IMG/VR virus record: IMGVR_UViG_3300020187_001966
Reading direction: 5' to 3' (one strand)
From: a virus
Taxonomy: Duplodnaviria > Caudoviricetes
Length of the DNA stretch: 64,000 nucleotides
Shown here: positions 18,892 to 27,947 of the stretch, piece by piece
How positions within the stretch are numbered: position 1 is the first letter of the stretch
Layout: each line of letters begins with the position of its first letter
Notes under the pieces: generated by a model
The model's input: only the letters and a program-made list of their open reading frames with translations
The model's database searches: none
Told to the model about the DNA's origin: nothing
Position numbers and translations under genes: made by a program

Positions 18892-19765
18892 AACTACAGT
18901 GTTGTCTAGTACATGATATTGGAGCAGTAGGCAACACTACATTATTAATATCATTAACATTACCGTATGGTTCTGTAATATAACATGTTGATCCGTATAT
19001 ATCTCCGTTTGGATTTATACACAATCTATCTATACCAACATTACATTTCCAATTAAGGAATTGATCTTGTTTAGTATTAATTAAATCTTGTGCTGAAATT
19101 TTATCTCCATTGTATAAAACTGTTGATGTATCAATTGTTTTTACTTTATTATACTTAGTACGATTGATTCTTTGTACAGAAAAATCATGGTGTTCAGGCG
19201 TGTACCCGTCAACCAATCCAGTACCATCATGATGTTTTATAAGTTTAGTTGCTACATCTATTTGTAAATCTGATTGTTCTAGTCTATCATAAAACTCTCG
19301 CATTTCAGTTAACCTATTGGGCGGCATCATTAAGAATATTTTTGTATTATAACGCAAATGAAGTGATTTTGCAATCTGATAAAAATGTTCTGTGTCAGCA
19401 TATTCAGTATGAAAGCTAAAAGCCATTTCATCGATCGGGGCGCTAAATCTGTCCCAATATCTTACACTCCTGGATCCGTTTGATGTAAATTGAATACTAG
19501 TTTTGTTTTTATGACTATCAACTAAATCTGTACAGAACGTTTCGAATTCAGGCCACAGTGTAGGCTCTCCGCCAGTAATATCTACTATTAGTGGGTCACC
19601 TTTTCTAAATCTATTAATCATGTCTATTACTGGGTAATAGTTTTCAGGCCATCTATTTTTATTATCGTGTAGGTTTGGCGCACAGTATGTACAATTGTAA
19701 TTACACACAGTAGTAGCAACCCAAACTAATTTTTTCCAAGGTTCACTTAGTGATATTCTACTCAT
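18848..19765 (-). CDS. Radical SAM protein with C-terminal SPASM/twitch
   Basis: CNYNCTYC; TGGEP; TSNG; CNVG...GSTC...CTRQHCSC; paralogue of 12609..13502. Confidence 0.9.
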   Translation of the reverse strand: MSRISLSEPWKKLVWVATTVCNYNCTYCAPNLHDNKNRWPENYYPVIDMINRFRKGDPLIVDITGGEPTLWPEFETFCTDLVDSHKNKTSIQFTSNGSRSVRYWDRFSAPIDEMAFSFHTEYADTEHFYQIAKSLHLRYNTKIFLMMPPNRLTEMREFYDRLEQSDLQIDVATKLIKHHDGTGLVDGYTPEHHDFSVQRINRTKYNKVKTIDTSTVLYNGDKISAQDLINTKQDQFLNWKCNVGIDRLCINPNGDIYGSTCYITEPYGNVNDINNVVLPTAPISCTRQHCSCGADVSIPKWEINV

Positions 19766-19985
19766 TATCCAGCACTAACTTTATGTCTTTACCAGGACCA
19801 TACTTGCTGGGCAAGTCGCCATATTCTTCTACGTACCATTCAATTACAGCACAATACCATTTTTGACTGTCGTGGTGTGCCAATTTGTTAAACTTGTAAA
19901 TGTTGTTATTAGTTGCTGACATTGTACTTAGAGCTCTAGCACTTTCAGTTTGTAACTGTCGCAATGTTAAATCATTTATATCCAA
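19758..19985 (-). CDS. Hypothetical protein (75 aa)
   Basis: ORF tiles between its neighbours with short overlaps. Confidence 0.7.
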   Translation of the reverse strand: MDINDLTLRQLQTESARALSTMSATNNNIYKFNKLAHHDSQKWYCAVIEWYVEEYGDLPSKYGPGKDIKLVLDNE

Positions 19986-21042
19986 TTAACATAAACCTTT
20001 TGTATTTGGGCAGGTCTAAATTGCCTGCGTATAACGTATTTGACATAGGTGACATATTACTAAACTCAGTAATGTCTTTAACACAGTTAACATGCTCCAG
20101 GACATCAAAAAAGTTATTACTTTGTAGTATTACTAGTTTACCATCTGGTATCTTGGCATACCATTCAGCAAAGTTTTCTATATGCTCACAACTTGTGTTT
20201 ATAATTGTATCAGGATTATCTGCTATAGGTCGACTCATTCGATTATTAGCATTGCTCCAGAACTGCCATGTGTGTTCGTTATAATCTATGTCCATTATAT
20301 CTTGTGTAATACTTTTGAATCGCCATTGTTCCATAAACCACGGCTTGTTGAATGTTTCAGCAATGTCTACACAAGTAGGATCAATATCAAAACTTCTAAC
20401 TTTATCTACTTTAATGTCACTTTCAAATAACATTGTAGCAAGGGTAGCATACCATCCGGCGCACAAGAATACTGTGCCTAGTTCTACATCAAGTTTTCCT
20501 AGTTCAGTTACTAACCATTGTTTGCTTTGTAGTTGTCCTCTACTAAAACAGTCAGTGTCAATAACTGTATTGTTTATAAAGAAACTTTTAAACGCACTAG
20601 TAAATTGTGTATCTACATAACTGTTGAGGATAGGCCATAATTTATATATATTATCTTCTGTAATTAGTTTGCGTAAGTCTTCGTTGTCCACTAACTTAAA
20701 AATACTTCGAATATTTTTGTTTACTATAGCAGTTCTATATAGCTGTATTGTTTCGTCTTCTTCTGAAAACAATCTAAACAAACTGTATAAATTGTTTTCA
20801 ACAATAGCTCGCCTTAAATCGTCACTATGTCCGCTTACATCCCATTCACTAGCTATTCTAAAGATACTGTGTAAATTTTCTTCTAATACTGCGCTGCGTA
20901 AGTCACTGTCTATATCGTCACATAATCTAAAAATACTGCTTAAATCTTGATCAATAACCGCACGTCTTAGATCAGCAAGCTCATCTATTTGTGGATACAG
21001 TATTTCGTATCTGTCTAATATTTCGTGTAATTCTAAACTCAT
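19972..21042 (-). CDS. Class I SAM-dependent methyltransferase-like protein with N-terminal helical repeats
   Basis: VFLCAGWYA (motif I-like), SFDIDP (motif II), IINTSCEH; five DLRRAxxxxNLxSIFRL-like repeats. Confidence 0.7.
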   Translation of the reverse strand: MSLELHEILDRYEILYPQIDELADLRRAVIDQDLSSIFRLCDDIDSDLRSAVLEENLHSIFRIASEWDVSGHSDDLRRAIVENNLYSLFRLFSEEDETIQLYRTAIVNKNIRSIFKLVDNEDLRKLITEDNIYKLWPILNSYVDTQFTSAFKSFFINNTVIDTDCFSRGQLQSKQWLVTELGKLDVELGTVFLCAGWYATLATMLFESDIKVDKVRSFDIDPTCVDIAETFNKPWFMEQWRFKSITQDIMDIDYNEHTWQFWSNANNRMSRPIADNPDTIINTSCEHIENFAEWYAKIPDGKLVILQSNNFFDVLEHVNCVKDITEFSNMSPMSNTLYAGNLDLPKYKRFMLIGYK

Positions 21043-21752
21043 TATGTTTTTGTTGCATCGTCAAACATAGTATGTAGCCATGTAAAATCATTAATTTTGT
21101 TTAATACATTAATATTTTTAGCATAGTGTGTGCCAAACTCTCGACCCTGATTGGCTCCCATCATACAGTATTCACCATATGGTCGAGATTTGCCACGAGT
21201 ACACCAAATATCTAAACGATATTCGTTATCAATGTTATCGCCATATTCAATAATACTACTAGATAGTTTTGTACATTCTCTAAAGGCGCTTTTCCAAGCA
21301 TCAAATGGGCTAGTATTAAAGGCAGTAATATTACTAATCTGAAACTTTGGTACAAAAGTACAACCAATACTAGTAGTCATATCTACTCGCCAGTCTTTGG
21401 CATCAAGTAGTGCTTTACGTGGAAACAACTTTGCTCCGCCATATCCATATACTAAATCATTAACTGGGTTACGGCTACGCCACACATAAACACACTCTGT
21501 TTGTGGTATGGAATCGTATTCTAATTTATTTGCCATTGGCTTAAAGCGAAAACTAAACTCTTCTTCAATTACAGCATCAGCATCAATCACATAAAAGTGA
21601 CTAGTTTCACTAAGTTCAGCCGCAGCTTTATGAGCATTGAATATACCCTTTACTCCTTGTACACGTTTAGCATGTGGTGCGTGGTGTTGTAGGATCTCAA
21701 AGTTTTCATCAGCATCAGCTTCATTATAGCTGATTTGTATTACGTCTAGCAA
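21042..21752 (-). CDS. GT-A-like glycosyltransferase (TTG start)
   Basis: ISYNE...AHKAAA...YVIDADA (DxD motif); AGGAG RBS upstream of TTG; paralogue of 42345..43325. Confidence 0.65.
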   Translation of the reverse strand: MLDVIQISYNEADADENFEILQHHAPHAKRVQGVKGIFNAHKAAAELSETSHFYVIDADAVIEEEFSFRFKPMANKLEYDSIPQTECVYVWRSRNPVNDLVYGYGGAKLFPRKALLDAKDWRVDMTTSIGCTFVPKFQISNITAFNTSPFDAWKSAFRECTKLSSSIIEYGDNIDNEYRLDIWCTRGKSRPYGEYCMMGANQGREFGTHYAKNINVLNKINDFTWLHTMFDDATKT

Positions 21753-21780
21753 TCGGTATTCTCCTGTGGTGTTCTGTATA

Positions 21781-21809
21781 ATAATATACGATTATATACG
21801 ATTTGTCAA
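21781..21809 (-). promoter_or_regulatory. Sigma70-type promoter TTGACA-17-TATTAT
   Basis: -35 at 21809..21804, -10 at 21786..21781, intergenic, upstream of the AGGAG RBS. Confidence 0.75.
21784..21803. repeat. Perfect 10-bp tandem repeat (ATATACGATT x2) filling the promoter spacer
   Basis: 21784..21793 is identical to 21794..21803. Confidence 0.85.
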
Positions 21810-21812
21810 TAG

Positions 21813-21902
21813 TTATTCGTATATAAAAGGATCACGTTTACGTAATTCTTCTAATCGTTTTTTTATCTTCTTTTTTTGTTGATAACGATCCCATGGATAC
21901 AT
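21813..21902 (-). CDS. Small basic protein, 29 aa (MYPWDRYQQKKKIKKRLEELRKRDPFIYE), not in the ORF track
   Basis: ATG overlaps the carbamoyltransferase stop (TAATG); fills the gap up to the promoter. Confidence 0.7.
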   Translation of the reverse strand: MYPWDRYQQKKKIKKRLEELRKRDPFIYE

Positions 21903-23413
21903 TATAAAATTTCTAATTCTGGTAAGCATACCTTTACTCCATATTGTTGTTCCCAACGTAGCGCATCTTGTTTAGTATTTACTAGGGGTTCGCCTTTGAT
22001 GTTTAAACTTGTGTTAAGCAACATAGGACAACCTGTTTTCATTGCCCAACTCTTTAGTAAGGTATAAATCCAGCCATTTGACTCATCCACTGTTTGTACT
22101 CTTGATGTATCATCATAATGTACAATAGCAGGAAATAAATGTGGTTGACGACATTTAAGTGTGTACTGCATAAATGGTGACTCAGTAAAGTTTTTGGGTA
22201 ACTCAAAGTAATCTGACAAATGCTCTTTTAATATCATAGGAGCAAATGGTCTAAATGCTTCACGATGCTTGATTGTATTAACACGGTCCTTTACATCTAC
22301 TCCCCTAGGATCAGCAAAAATGCTTCTGTTTCCGAGAGACCTTGGGCCAAATTCACTTCTACCGCTGGCAACGGCGCAGATTTTTTTGTTTGTAAGCTCG
22401 TTAATAATAGCTTTGACGGGGTATTCTCCGTCGATGTCGTGTCCGGTGTAGGCATGTGTAAACTCCATAAATTGTTTCTTGTGTGCTAGTACACATCCTA
22501 TTGCGCTACCAGCATCACCAGGATTAGGCATAATCCATACGCTATCAAAATATTTATAAGCAATGGGATTAGCTACACAATTGAGCGCACAGCCTCCCAT
22601 TAGTACTAAATTTTTACACTTAGTTTTGTTGGCTGTTATTAAACAATATGCTTCAAATATTTCTTCGTATATACGTTGGGTGGCCGCAGCGATATCAGCA
22701 TAGTCTTGTACACTATTCAAGTCAGTACGCCAATCTTGACATCCTCTGTGACAGTTACGCTTGAATATAATACGTGGATCTTTTAAACTAGGCATCTGTT
22801 TGATAAAGTCATGTTTAATAAGATCATAATACTTGCTGGAATCGCCTATAGCAGCCATGCCCATGAGGATGTATTCGTGTTCCTGTGGCTTTAGTCCTAT
22901 ACGCTGTGTCATAGCACTGTACCATATACCCACACTGTGTGGATAGTTCTGGCTCCAACGCTTACGTAGTTTACCACCAGTGCCTTGCCATATACTGATA
23001 GTATTCCATTCTCCGATACTATCTAATACAAGTATAGCACTGTCTTTCTCACCTGGATTGGTGTAATAACCTGCGGCTGCATGACTTAAATGATGACTAA
23101 CTGTAGTGCTTCTAGGGGCATCTGGCAAGTATCTGCGCATATATCTAGTAGGTGATTCCTTGCCAAGTAGTGTGTATTGCTTTGCGTATAACTGTCGTGT
23201 TTTTTTAAGTAACGGACGTTCATAGTAGTATATACGGTCTGGTTTACCAAACTCTAGTGCTTCAGCGATTAAATCAGGATGTAAGTTTTTGTCGTTTTTA
23301 ATGCGACTATAGCGTTCACTATGACTGGCGAACTCTAATCCAGTTTTACTAAACACTGCTAAACTAGCATCATGTGCTTGTCCTGTCCATCCCCAAGTTA
23401 TATTATTTTTCAT
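21902..23413 (-). CDS. O-carbamoyltransferase, NodU/CmcH/NovN family (likely start ATG 23413)
   Basis: HDAS, ERYSRIKND, HHLSHAA, DSIGE, GGCALN, PGDAG, EFGPRSLGNRS, REAFRPFAP, SRVQTV, LLNTSLN..GEP. Confidence 0.95.
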   Translation of the reverse strand: MKNNITWGWTGQAHDASLAVFSKTGLEFASHSERYSRIKNDKNLHPDLIAEALEFGKPDRIYYYERPLLKKTRQLYAKQYTLLGKESPTRYMRRYLPDAPRSTTVSHHLSHAAAGYYTNPGEKDSAILVLDSIGEWNTISIWQGTGGKLRKRWSQNYPHSVGIWYSAMTQRIGLKPQEHEYILMGMAAIGDSSKYYDLIKHDFIKQMPSLKDPRIIFKRNCHRGCQDWRTDLNSVQDYADIAAATQRIYEEIFEAYCLITANKTKCKNLVLMGGCALNCVANPIAYKYFDSVWIMPNPGDAGSAIGCVLAHKKQFMEFTHAYTGHDIDGEYPVKAIINELTNKKICAVASGRSEFGPRSLGNRSIFADPRGVDVKDRVNTIKHREAFRPFAPMILKEHLSDYFELPKNFTESPFMQYTLKCRQPHLFPAIVHYDDTSRVQTVDESNGWIYTLLKSWAMKTGCPMLLNTSLNIKGEPLVNTKQDALRWEQQYGVKVCLPELEIL

Positions 23414-25529
23414 TATGATTATTAACAAAATCGTAGAGATTAGTATCACAAAACGATATAGTATCACGTTCAAAACTTGCGTTATGATACTGTCCTAGTC
23501 CTGTGCGCATCTCTGTTTCTGCTTTCTCTGTATATTCATGTACCAAGTCAAAATTCATAATACCCTGGTCATTGACTGACGCATAGAATCTTGCATTATA
23601 GTTATTAGTCAAACTTGGTCCAAACTCTGCCATATCTCTTATTTTATCAAAATTTAAATCTATACTAAATGCTCCAAACACACTATATAATGCCCAAACA
23701 AATGCTATATACTCATGAGTTAAACCATATTTAATTCTTGTTGGAGTATCTACCATAGAGTCAATAAAATAGTCAAAGTCAGCATCCATTTGTTCTACAA
23801 ATTCATTAGGCGTATCATTTTCAAATTCTATACTATAAAAGTCTTTAATATTTTTATATGATTGTGTATTAATTACATATGAATTATGATCTTTCATAAG
23901 ATCTAGGAAAATTGCCATAAACTTAATACGCAATGAACGGTGTAATATAGTATTACGATAATCTTCAGTATACCATTCATCTTCAAAATAACTTTTATTA
24001 ACGTCGACTATCTGATATCTTTCGTATCCATTGGCTTCAATATCACTAAATTGTGCTATCCCACATCCAAATCCAGGACTTATAGCATATAAATCATTAC
24101 GTATATTCCATAAAAACTGCAAGCTCTGAGCAGCATGTATATTATGCTCACTAGGGAATCCAACAATCCAATTCCCATGACAATTTACACCAGCTAGTTT
24201 TGAATCTTTAAGGTTTGCTACCATTGATTCAATCTTTACATTTTTTTTCATACTATCTAATACTTTTTGGCTTCCGCTTTCTAAACCAAAACTCAAACTC
24301 ATACATCCGCTTTGTTTTAATTTGTGAAAGAAATCTAAATCCATACGGGCGTCACATCTAGCATAACTATTCCAGCGAATCCGCATACCACTTTCGATAA
24401 TGCCGTCAACTAGATCTTTAAACTCTTTCATATTACCGTTAACTAAACTGTCAACAAACCAGAAGCGCCGTGTACCATATTTGTTGTATTGATATTTCAT
24501 TTCTTCTACAACTCGGTTAGGTTCTCTCCAACGAAACTTCCAAAAATGTGTCTCACTACAAAACGTACATTTCGCAACGCATCCACGGCTAGTTTCTAGA
24601 CTTACTCCATCACTATAGTCATACCAACTGAGATCGTAATCATCATAGTCAGGAAATGGCAATTTGTTTAAGTCCAAGTTGCCTTTAAACCCACCATATA
24701 TTTGTGTTGTAGTGGATTTAGGTGTTGATCTATAATTTTCCATTATTGTAAGAAGTTCTTGTTCACCTTCGCCAGTAATAGCATAATCAAACAACAGAAT
24801 ATCTGTATTGTTTTGTTTGTTATACCAATTCTGTTCATGTGTTAATCTATTGTGGTCAAAGGCTCCAGGGCCGCCTACTACTACAGTAACATCTGGACAT
24901 TGTAGTTTAAGTTGGTGTACAAAATACATAGTAGGCTGTAGATTTGTCCAATATACACTTAACCCAACAATGTTGGGTCGACGTTTAGCAATAACTGCTA
25001 CGTGTCGATCAATTATTGGCTTTAAACTTTCGTGAATATGTTGCCAATATTGTTCTTCTACCCAGTATTCAGTTTTAGTACTATTCCACCAGTCTGGGTG
25101 TTCTTGATCTGGTGATGCAATTTTTTTCTGATTAAAATGTCTATACGAGTTGATATTAATGTCAGTGACACTGACTTGATAATCATACGATCTCAACAAC
25201 CCAGACAGTCTAGCAATATTGTAAGGAGGAAAAATTACTCCCCAACTTGGCAGTATTACTAGCTCAATACTGTCTTTAAATATAGTTTGTGTTTTACTTT
25301 TAAAATCACTATAATACGATGGTCGCCGTTCGCTATTATTATAAATTTCACTCCAGTACCCCACACGAGTACTTTTTGCGTCAATCCCACCTAAATGACT
25401 GCTGTCATGCTTAATAACATCACGAGCCATCATTTTCTTTAAAACCATATCTCGGTCAGCTGTAAAATCTTCATCATCGTCATGAATTACAACACCGCCG
25501 GTTGAGATTTTAATATCAGGTTCATTCAT
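23403..25529 (-). CDS. Cobalamin-binding radical SAM protein with long extensions (708 aa)
   Basis: PPYNIARL...VGLSVY...VVVGGP...GEGE B12-binding-like region; SRGCVAKCTFC; GLESGS; IVGFPSE. Confidence 0.9.
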   Translation of the reverse strand: MNEPDIKISTGGVVIHDDDEDFTADRDMVLKKMMARDVIKHDSSHLGGIDAKSTRVGYWSEIYNNSERRPSYYSDFKSKTQTIFKDSIELVILPSWGVIFPPYNIARLSGLLRSYDYQVSVTDININSYRHFNQKKIASPDQEHPDWWNSTKTEYWVEEQYWQHIHESLKPIIDRHVAVIAKRRPNIVGLSVYWTNLQPTMYFVHQLKLQCPDVTVVVGGPGAFDHNRLTHEQNWYNKQNNTDILLFDYAITGEGEQELLTIMENYRSTPKSTTTQIYGGFKGNLDLNKLPFPDYDDYDLSWYDYSDGVSLETSRGCVAKCTFCSETHFWKFRWREPNRVVEEMKYQYNKYGTRRFWFVDSLVNGNMKEFKDLVDGIIESGMRIRWNSYARCDARMDLDFFHKLKQSGCMSLSFGLESGSQKVLDSMKKNVKIESMVANLKDSKLAGVNCHGNWIVGFPSEHNIHAAQSLQFLWNIRNDLYAISPGFGCGIAQFSDIEANGYERYQIVDVNKSYFEDEWYTEDYRNTILHRSLRIKFMAIFLDLMKDHNSYVINTQSYKNIKDFYSIEFENDTPNEFVEQMDADFDYFIDSMVDTPTRIKYGLTHEYIAFVWALYSVFGAFSIDLNFDKIRDMAEFGPSLTNNYNARFYASVNDQGIMNFDLVHEYTEKAETEMRTGLGQYHNASFERDTISFCDTNLYDFVNNHNEK

Positions 25530-26913
25530 CTAATAAATTCCATTCATTAATTAATTCTGCTAGTCTAGGGTGTAGTGTATCATTAAATGATTCAATTCTA
25601 ATGCCATCGAACGCTATAGTTCTTTTAGCACATTGCTTACGTAATCGGTTAACATCATTAGGATCTACCAGTGGGTTACGCAACCTATCCAATAACAAAT
25701 GTATTCTAGTGCTTGCCATATAATTATCAAAGTCTTGATAAACATCAATTACACGACCCTTGTACTCAGCAGAATTAATATACTCATCAATTTCATCTGC
25801 AATTTGTAATCTATCCGACTCTGGTAATATTTCAATATTAAATTCATGTGGGTGTTCGATTAAATTTATTACTGGCTTGCCATGACGTTGTTGCATACCG
25901 TAATCATACCAATATTTTAGTGTATTTTTAATATTAAAAATATTATATATTCCAACTGCGCTCAAATAGTTCACAGTACAGTTTGGCAAATCCATAAATG
26001 CTAACATGTTATTATGCATAACTTCACTATTGGCATTCTTACGTTGATATTCATTTACTTTAGGATCTAAAACTAAATTACTATCACCACTAAAATCTAT
26101 TCTTACTTCAGTGAAATATTTAAGTAATCTAATAATTTTACCCTTCCCAATACTTCCATTTGTAGTAATAGCTAAAACAAAATCAGTGTTACCAGTTTCT
26201 ACACACCACTGTATTAATTGTATACATCCAGGGGTACTTAATGGTTCTCCTCCAACAAGTTTTAAAACAACAAAGTTATTATGACTGAGCCAGTTGTGTA
26301 AACTATTCTGTGTTTCTGGATTATTAACCCATTTGCTCATATCTTTAAATGTAAGTCCAGTAGTTGCTTTAGGATCAGCTGGATCAACTCCTGTTACATA
26401 AGCGCCAGTTTCTTTGTATACTTCTGTGTGTTCTATCTGTTCGTTATCAATACTATCACTAACACCAGGAGTACACATTCTACATTTGTAGTTACATATA
26501 TGTCCAGGACGGACGTCTGCCCACATTGGGGTATTATAGCTATTACCAGTTTCTACATTAATATCCCAATCATCATCAATGTGACCAGATACTGCCCAGT
26601 GTTGTGATATCATTTTATTTGCTATAGCTCTATCACTACCCGGACCTTGCGCATCCTGTTTCCAACATGTTCTACATTCTGGTAGTGCTTCACCATCTAG
26701 CATACGCTGTCGTCGTTCTTTATACCAATCACCAGTCCAATGTTTTTGTAAATCAGGTTCATCACGAACATTAGGACGATATCCTAACTCATGCCGGTAT
26801 GCTGCCAAACAACAAAGTGCTACTTCACCTTCAGTTGTGATATGTCCTTGAGTAAATGGTATTGAACAAAATCTAGGATTTTCTTCTATTTGTGTTTGAT
26901 ATAATTTTTTCAT
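25522..26913 (-). CDS. Radical SAM protein with N-terminal twitch domain
   Basis: FCSIPF...ALCC...CRTC; CNYKCRMC; GGEP; TTNG. Confidence 0.92.
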   Translation of the reverse strand: MKKLYQTQIEENPRFCSIPFTQGHITTEGEVALCCLAAYRHELGYRPNVRDEPDLQKHWTGDWYKERRQRMLDGEALPECRTCWKQDAQGPGSDRAIANKMISQHWAVSGHIDDDWDINVETGNSYNTPMWADVRPGHICNYKCRMCTPGVSDSIDNEQIEHTEVYKETGAYVTGVDPADPKATTGLTFKDMSKWVNNPETQNSLHNWLSHNNFVVLKLVGGEPLSTPGCIQLIQWCVETGNTDFVLAITTNGSIGKGKIIRLLKYFTEVRIDFSGDSNLVLDPKVNEYQRKNANSEVMHNNMLAFMDLPNCTVNYLSAVGIYNIFNIKNTLKYWYDYGMQQRHGKPVINLIEHPHEFNIEILPESDRLQIADEIDEYINSAEYKGRVIDVYQDFDNYMASTRIHLLLDRLRNPLVDPNDVNRLRKQCAKRTIAFDGIRIESFNDTLHPRLAELINEWNLLDE

Positions 26914-27947
26914 TTTTTAACTTTTTTCTTCTTCTTCTCAACATTTGATAATGTAACAGTAGTATCAGTAATTTGCAAAGTATCTGCGTATTCTAGTATA
27001 CGTTTTAATTCTGGAAAATAATCTTTCCAGTATTGGACTTGCTTGTCTCCTTGTAAAACAATATCTTTCTTAAATTGTAACATAGCCATCTTATCAGTAT
27101 CAATTGTAGTATTTAAATCTTCACTAATCTCTGCTAGTAATAGTTTAATACTGTTATCAGAATCTGTCCATACCTTTCGGTAATCATTATAAAATGCTGT
27201 GTACTGCGCATTTATATAGTCTACAATCTCACTCTCTAGTGGTACAATATCAATGTTTGATATAGAAAATTTGATATCAATATCTAATCGTTCTTTAAGG
27301 AACCAAATCAAATCCAATATATGTAAGATGTTCATTGTATTAACTGAAATAACAATACCAACTTCTGTGTTAGGCAAATCATAAGCATATTTAATAATAC
27401 TAAAAAGAGCAAACTCTTTGTCACTAGACCAAGTATTTGGATATTCCATGAAGTCAAAATGCTCATAAATTCCTGATAACTCTACTACAAATCTGATACT
27501 ATAGAATTTATCAAGTAATTCGTTACCAATTTCTGTTAGTGTAATATCAATATCATGTGTTGTGTTAACACGGAATACTAAAATAGTAGTGAGACTATCA
27601 GCAGACTCCACCATTTTTTCAAGTAATGACATTAATTTTTTAGTATCATGTAGTACATCATTGGGTACCACATATTCACAATCTTTCCAAAATGATTGCT
27701 TCATTTCAATTAGTTCTTGCTCAGTACTGCCTGTAATGTTAACTAATTTGTCTAGAAAGTAATCGCCTACTTCACGATTAAAGAAGCATCCAGTTTGAAC
27801 TTTTACATCACTATCATATCTAAATGTGCGGGCAATTAATTCTGTATGTTGACTATATCCGTATCCCATACTGCTTGCTCTAGCAACCATTGGTTTAACT
27901 CTGTCATCAGCAGCGCCAGCAAGTAATTTTGTTACATTTTTATTCAT
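26910..27947 (-). CDS. Degenerate rSAM-barrel paralogue lacking all Fe-S motifs
   Basis: C-terminal half aligns by eye with the neighbouring twitch-rSAMs; only two scattered Cys. Confidence 0.55.
   Translation of the reverse strand: MNKNVTKLLAGAADDRVKPMVARASSMGYGYSQHTELIARTFRYDSDVKVQTGCFFNREVGDYFLDKLVNITGSTEQELIEMKQSFWKDCEYVVPNDVLHDTKKLMSLLEKMVESADSLTTILVFRVNTTHDIDITLTEIGNELLDKFYSIRFVVELSGIYEHFDFMEYPNTWSSDKEFALFSIIKYAYDLPNTEVGIVISVNTMNILHILDLIWFLKERLDIDIKFSISNIDIVPLESEIVDYINAQYTAFYNDYRKVWTDSDNSIKLLLAEISEDLNTTIDTDKMAMLQFKKDIVLQGDKQVQYWKDYFPELKRILEYADTLQITDTTVTLSNVEKKKKKVKK

Noticed and set aside
46-21902. Classical RiPP cluster with a precursor peptide (candidates 46..249, 19758..19985, 21813..21902)
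   Set aside because: No leader/core pattern, PqqD/RRE domain, peptidase or exporter was recognised; the small ORFs look like a membrane protein, a folded protein and a partner peptide.
23414-23473. Hydrophobic N-terminal extension on the carbamoyltransferase (track start 23473); similar extensions at 9984, 10664, 13529, 39695, 49121
   Set aside because: They lie inside the upstream genes; downstream starts overlapping the upstream stops fit the local coupling pattern better.
26910-27947. MGYGYS in the pseudo-rSAM as a link to the GY-repeat protein
   Set aside because: It is a single short match and likely chance.
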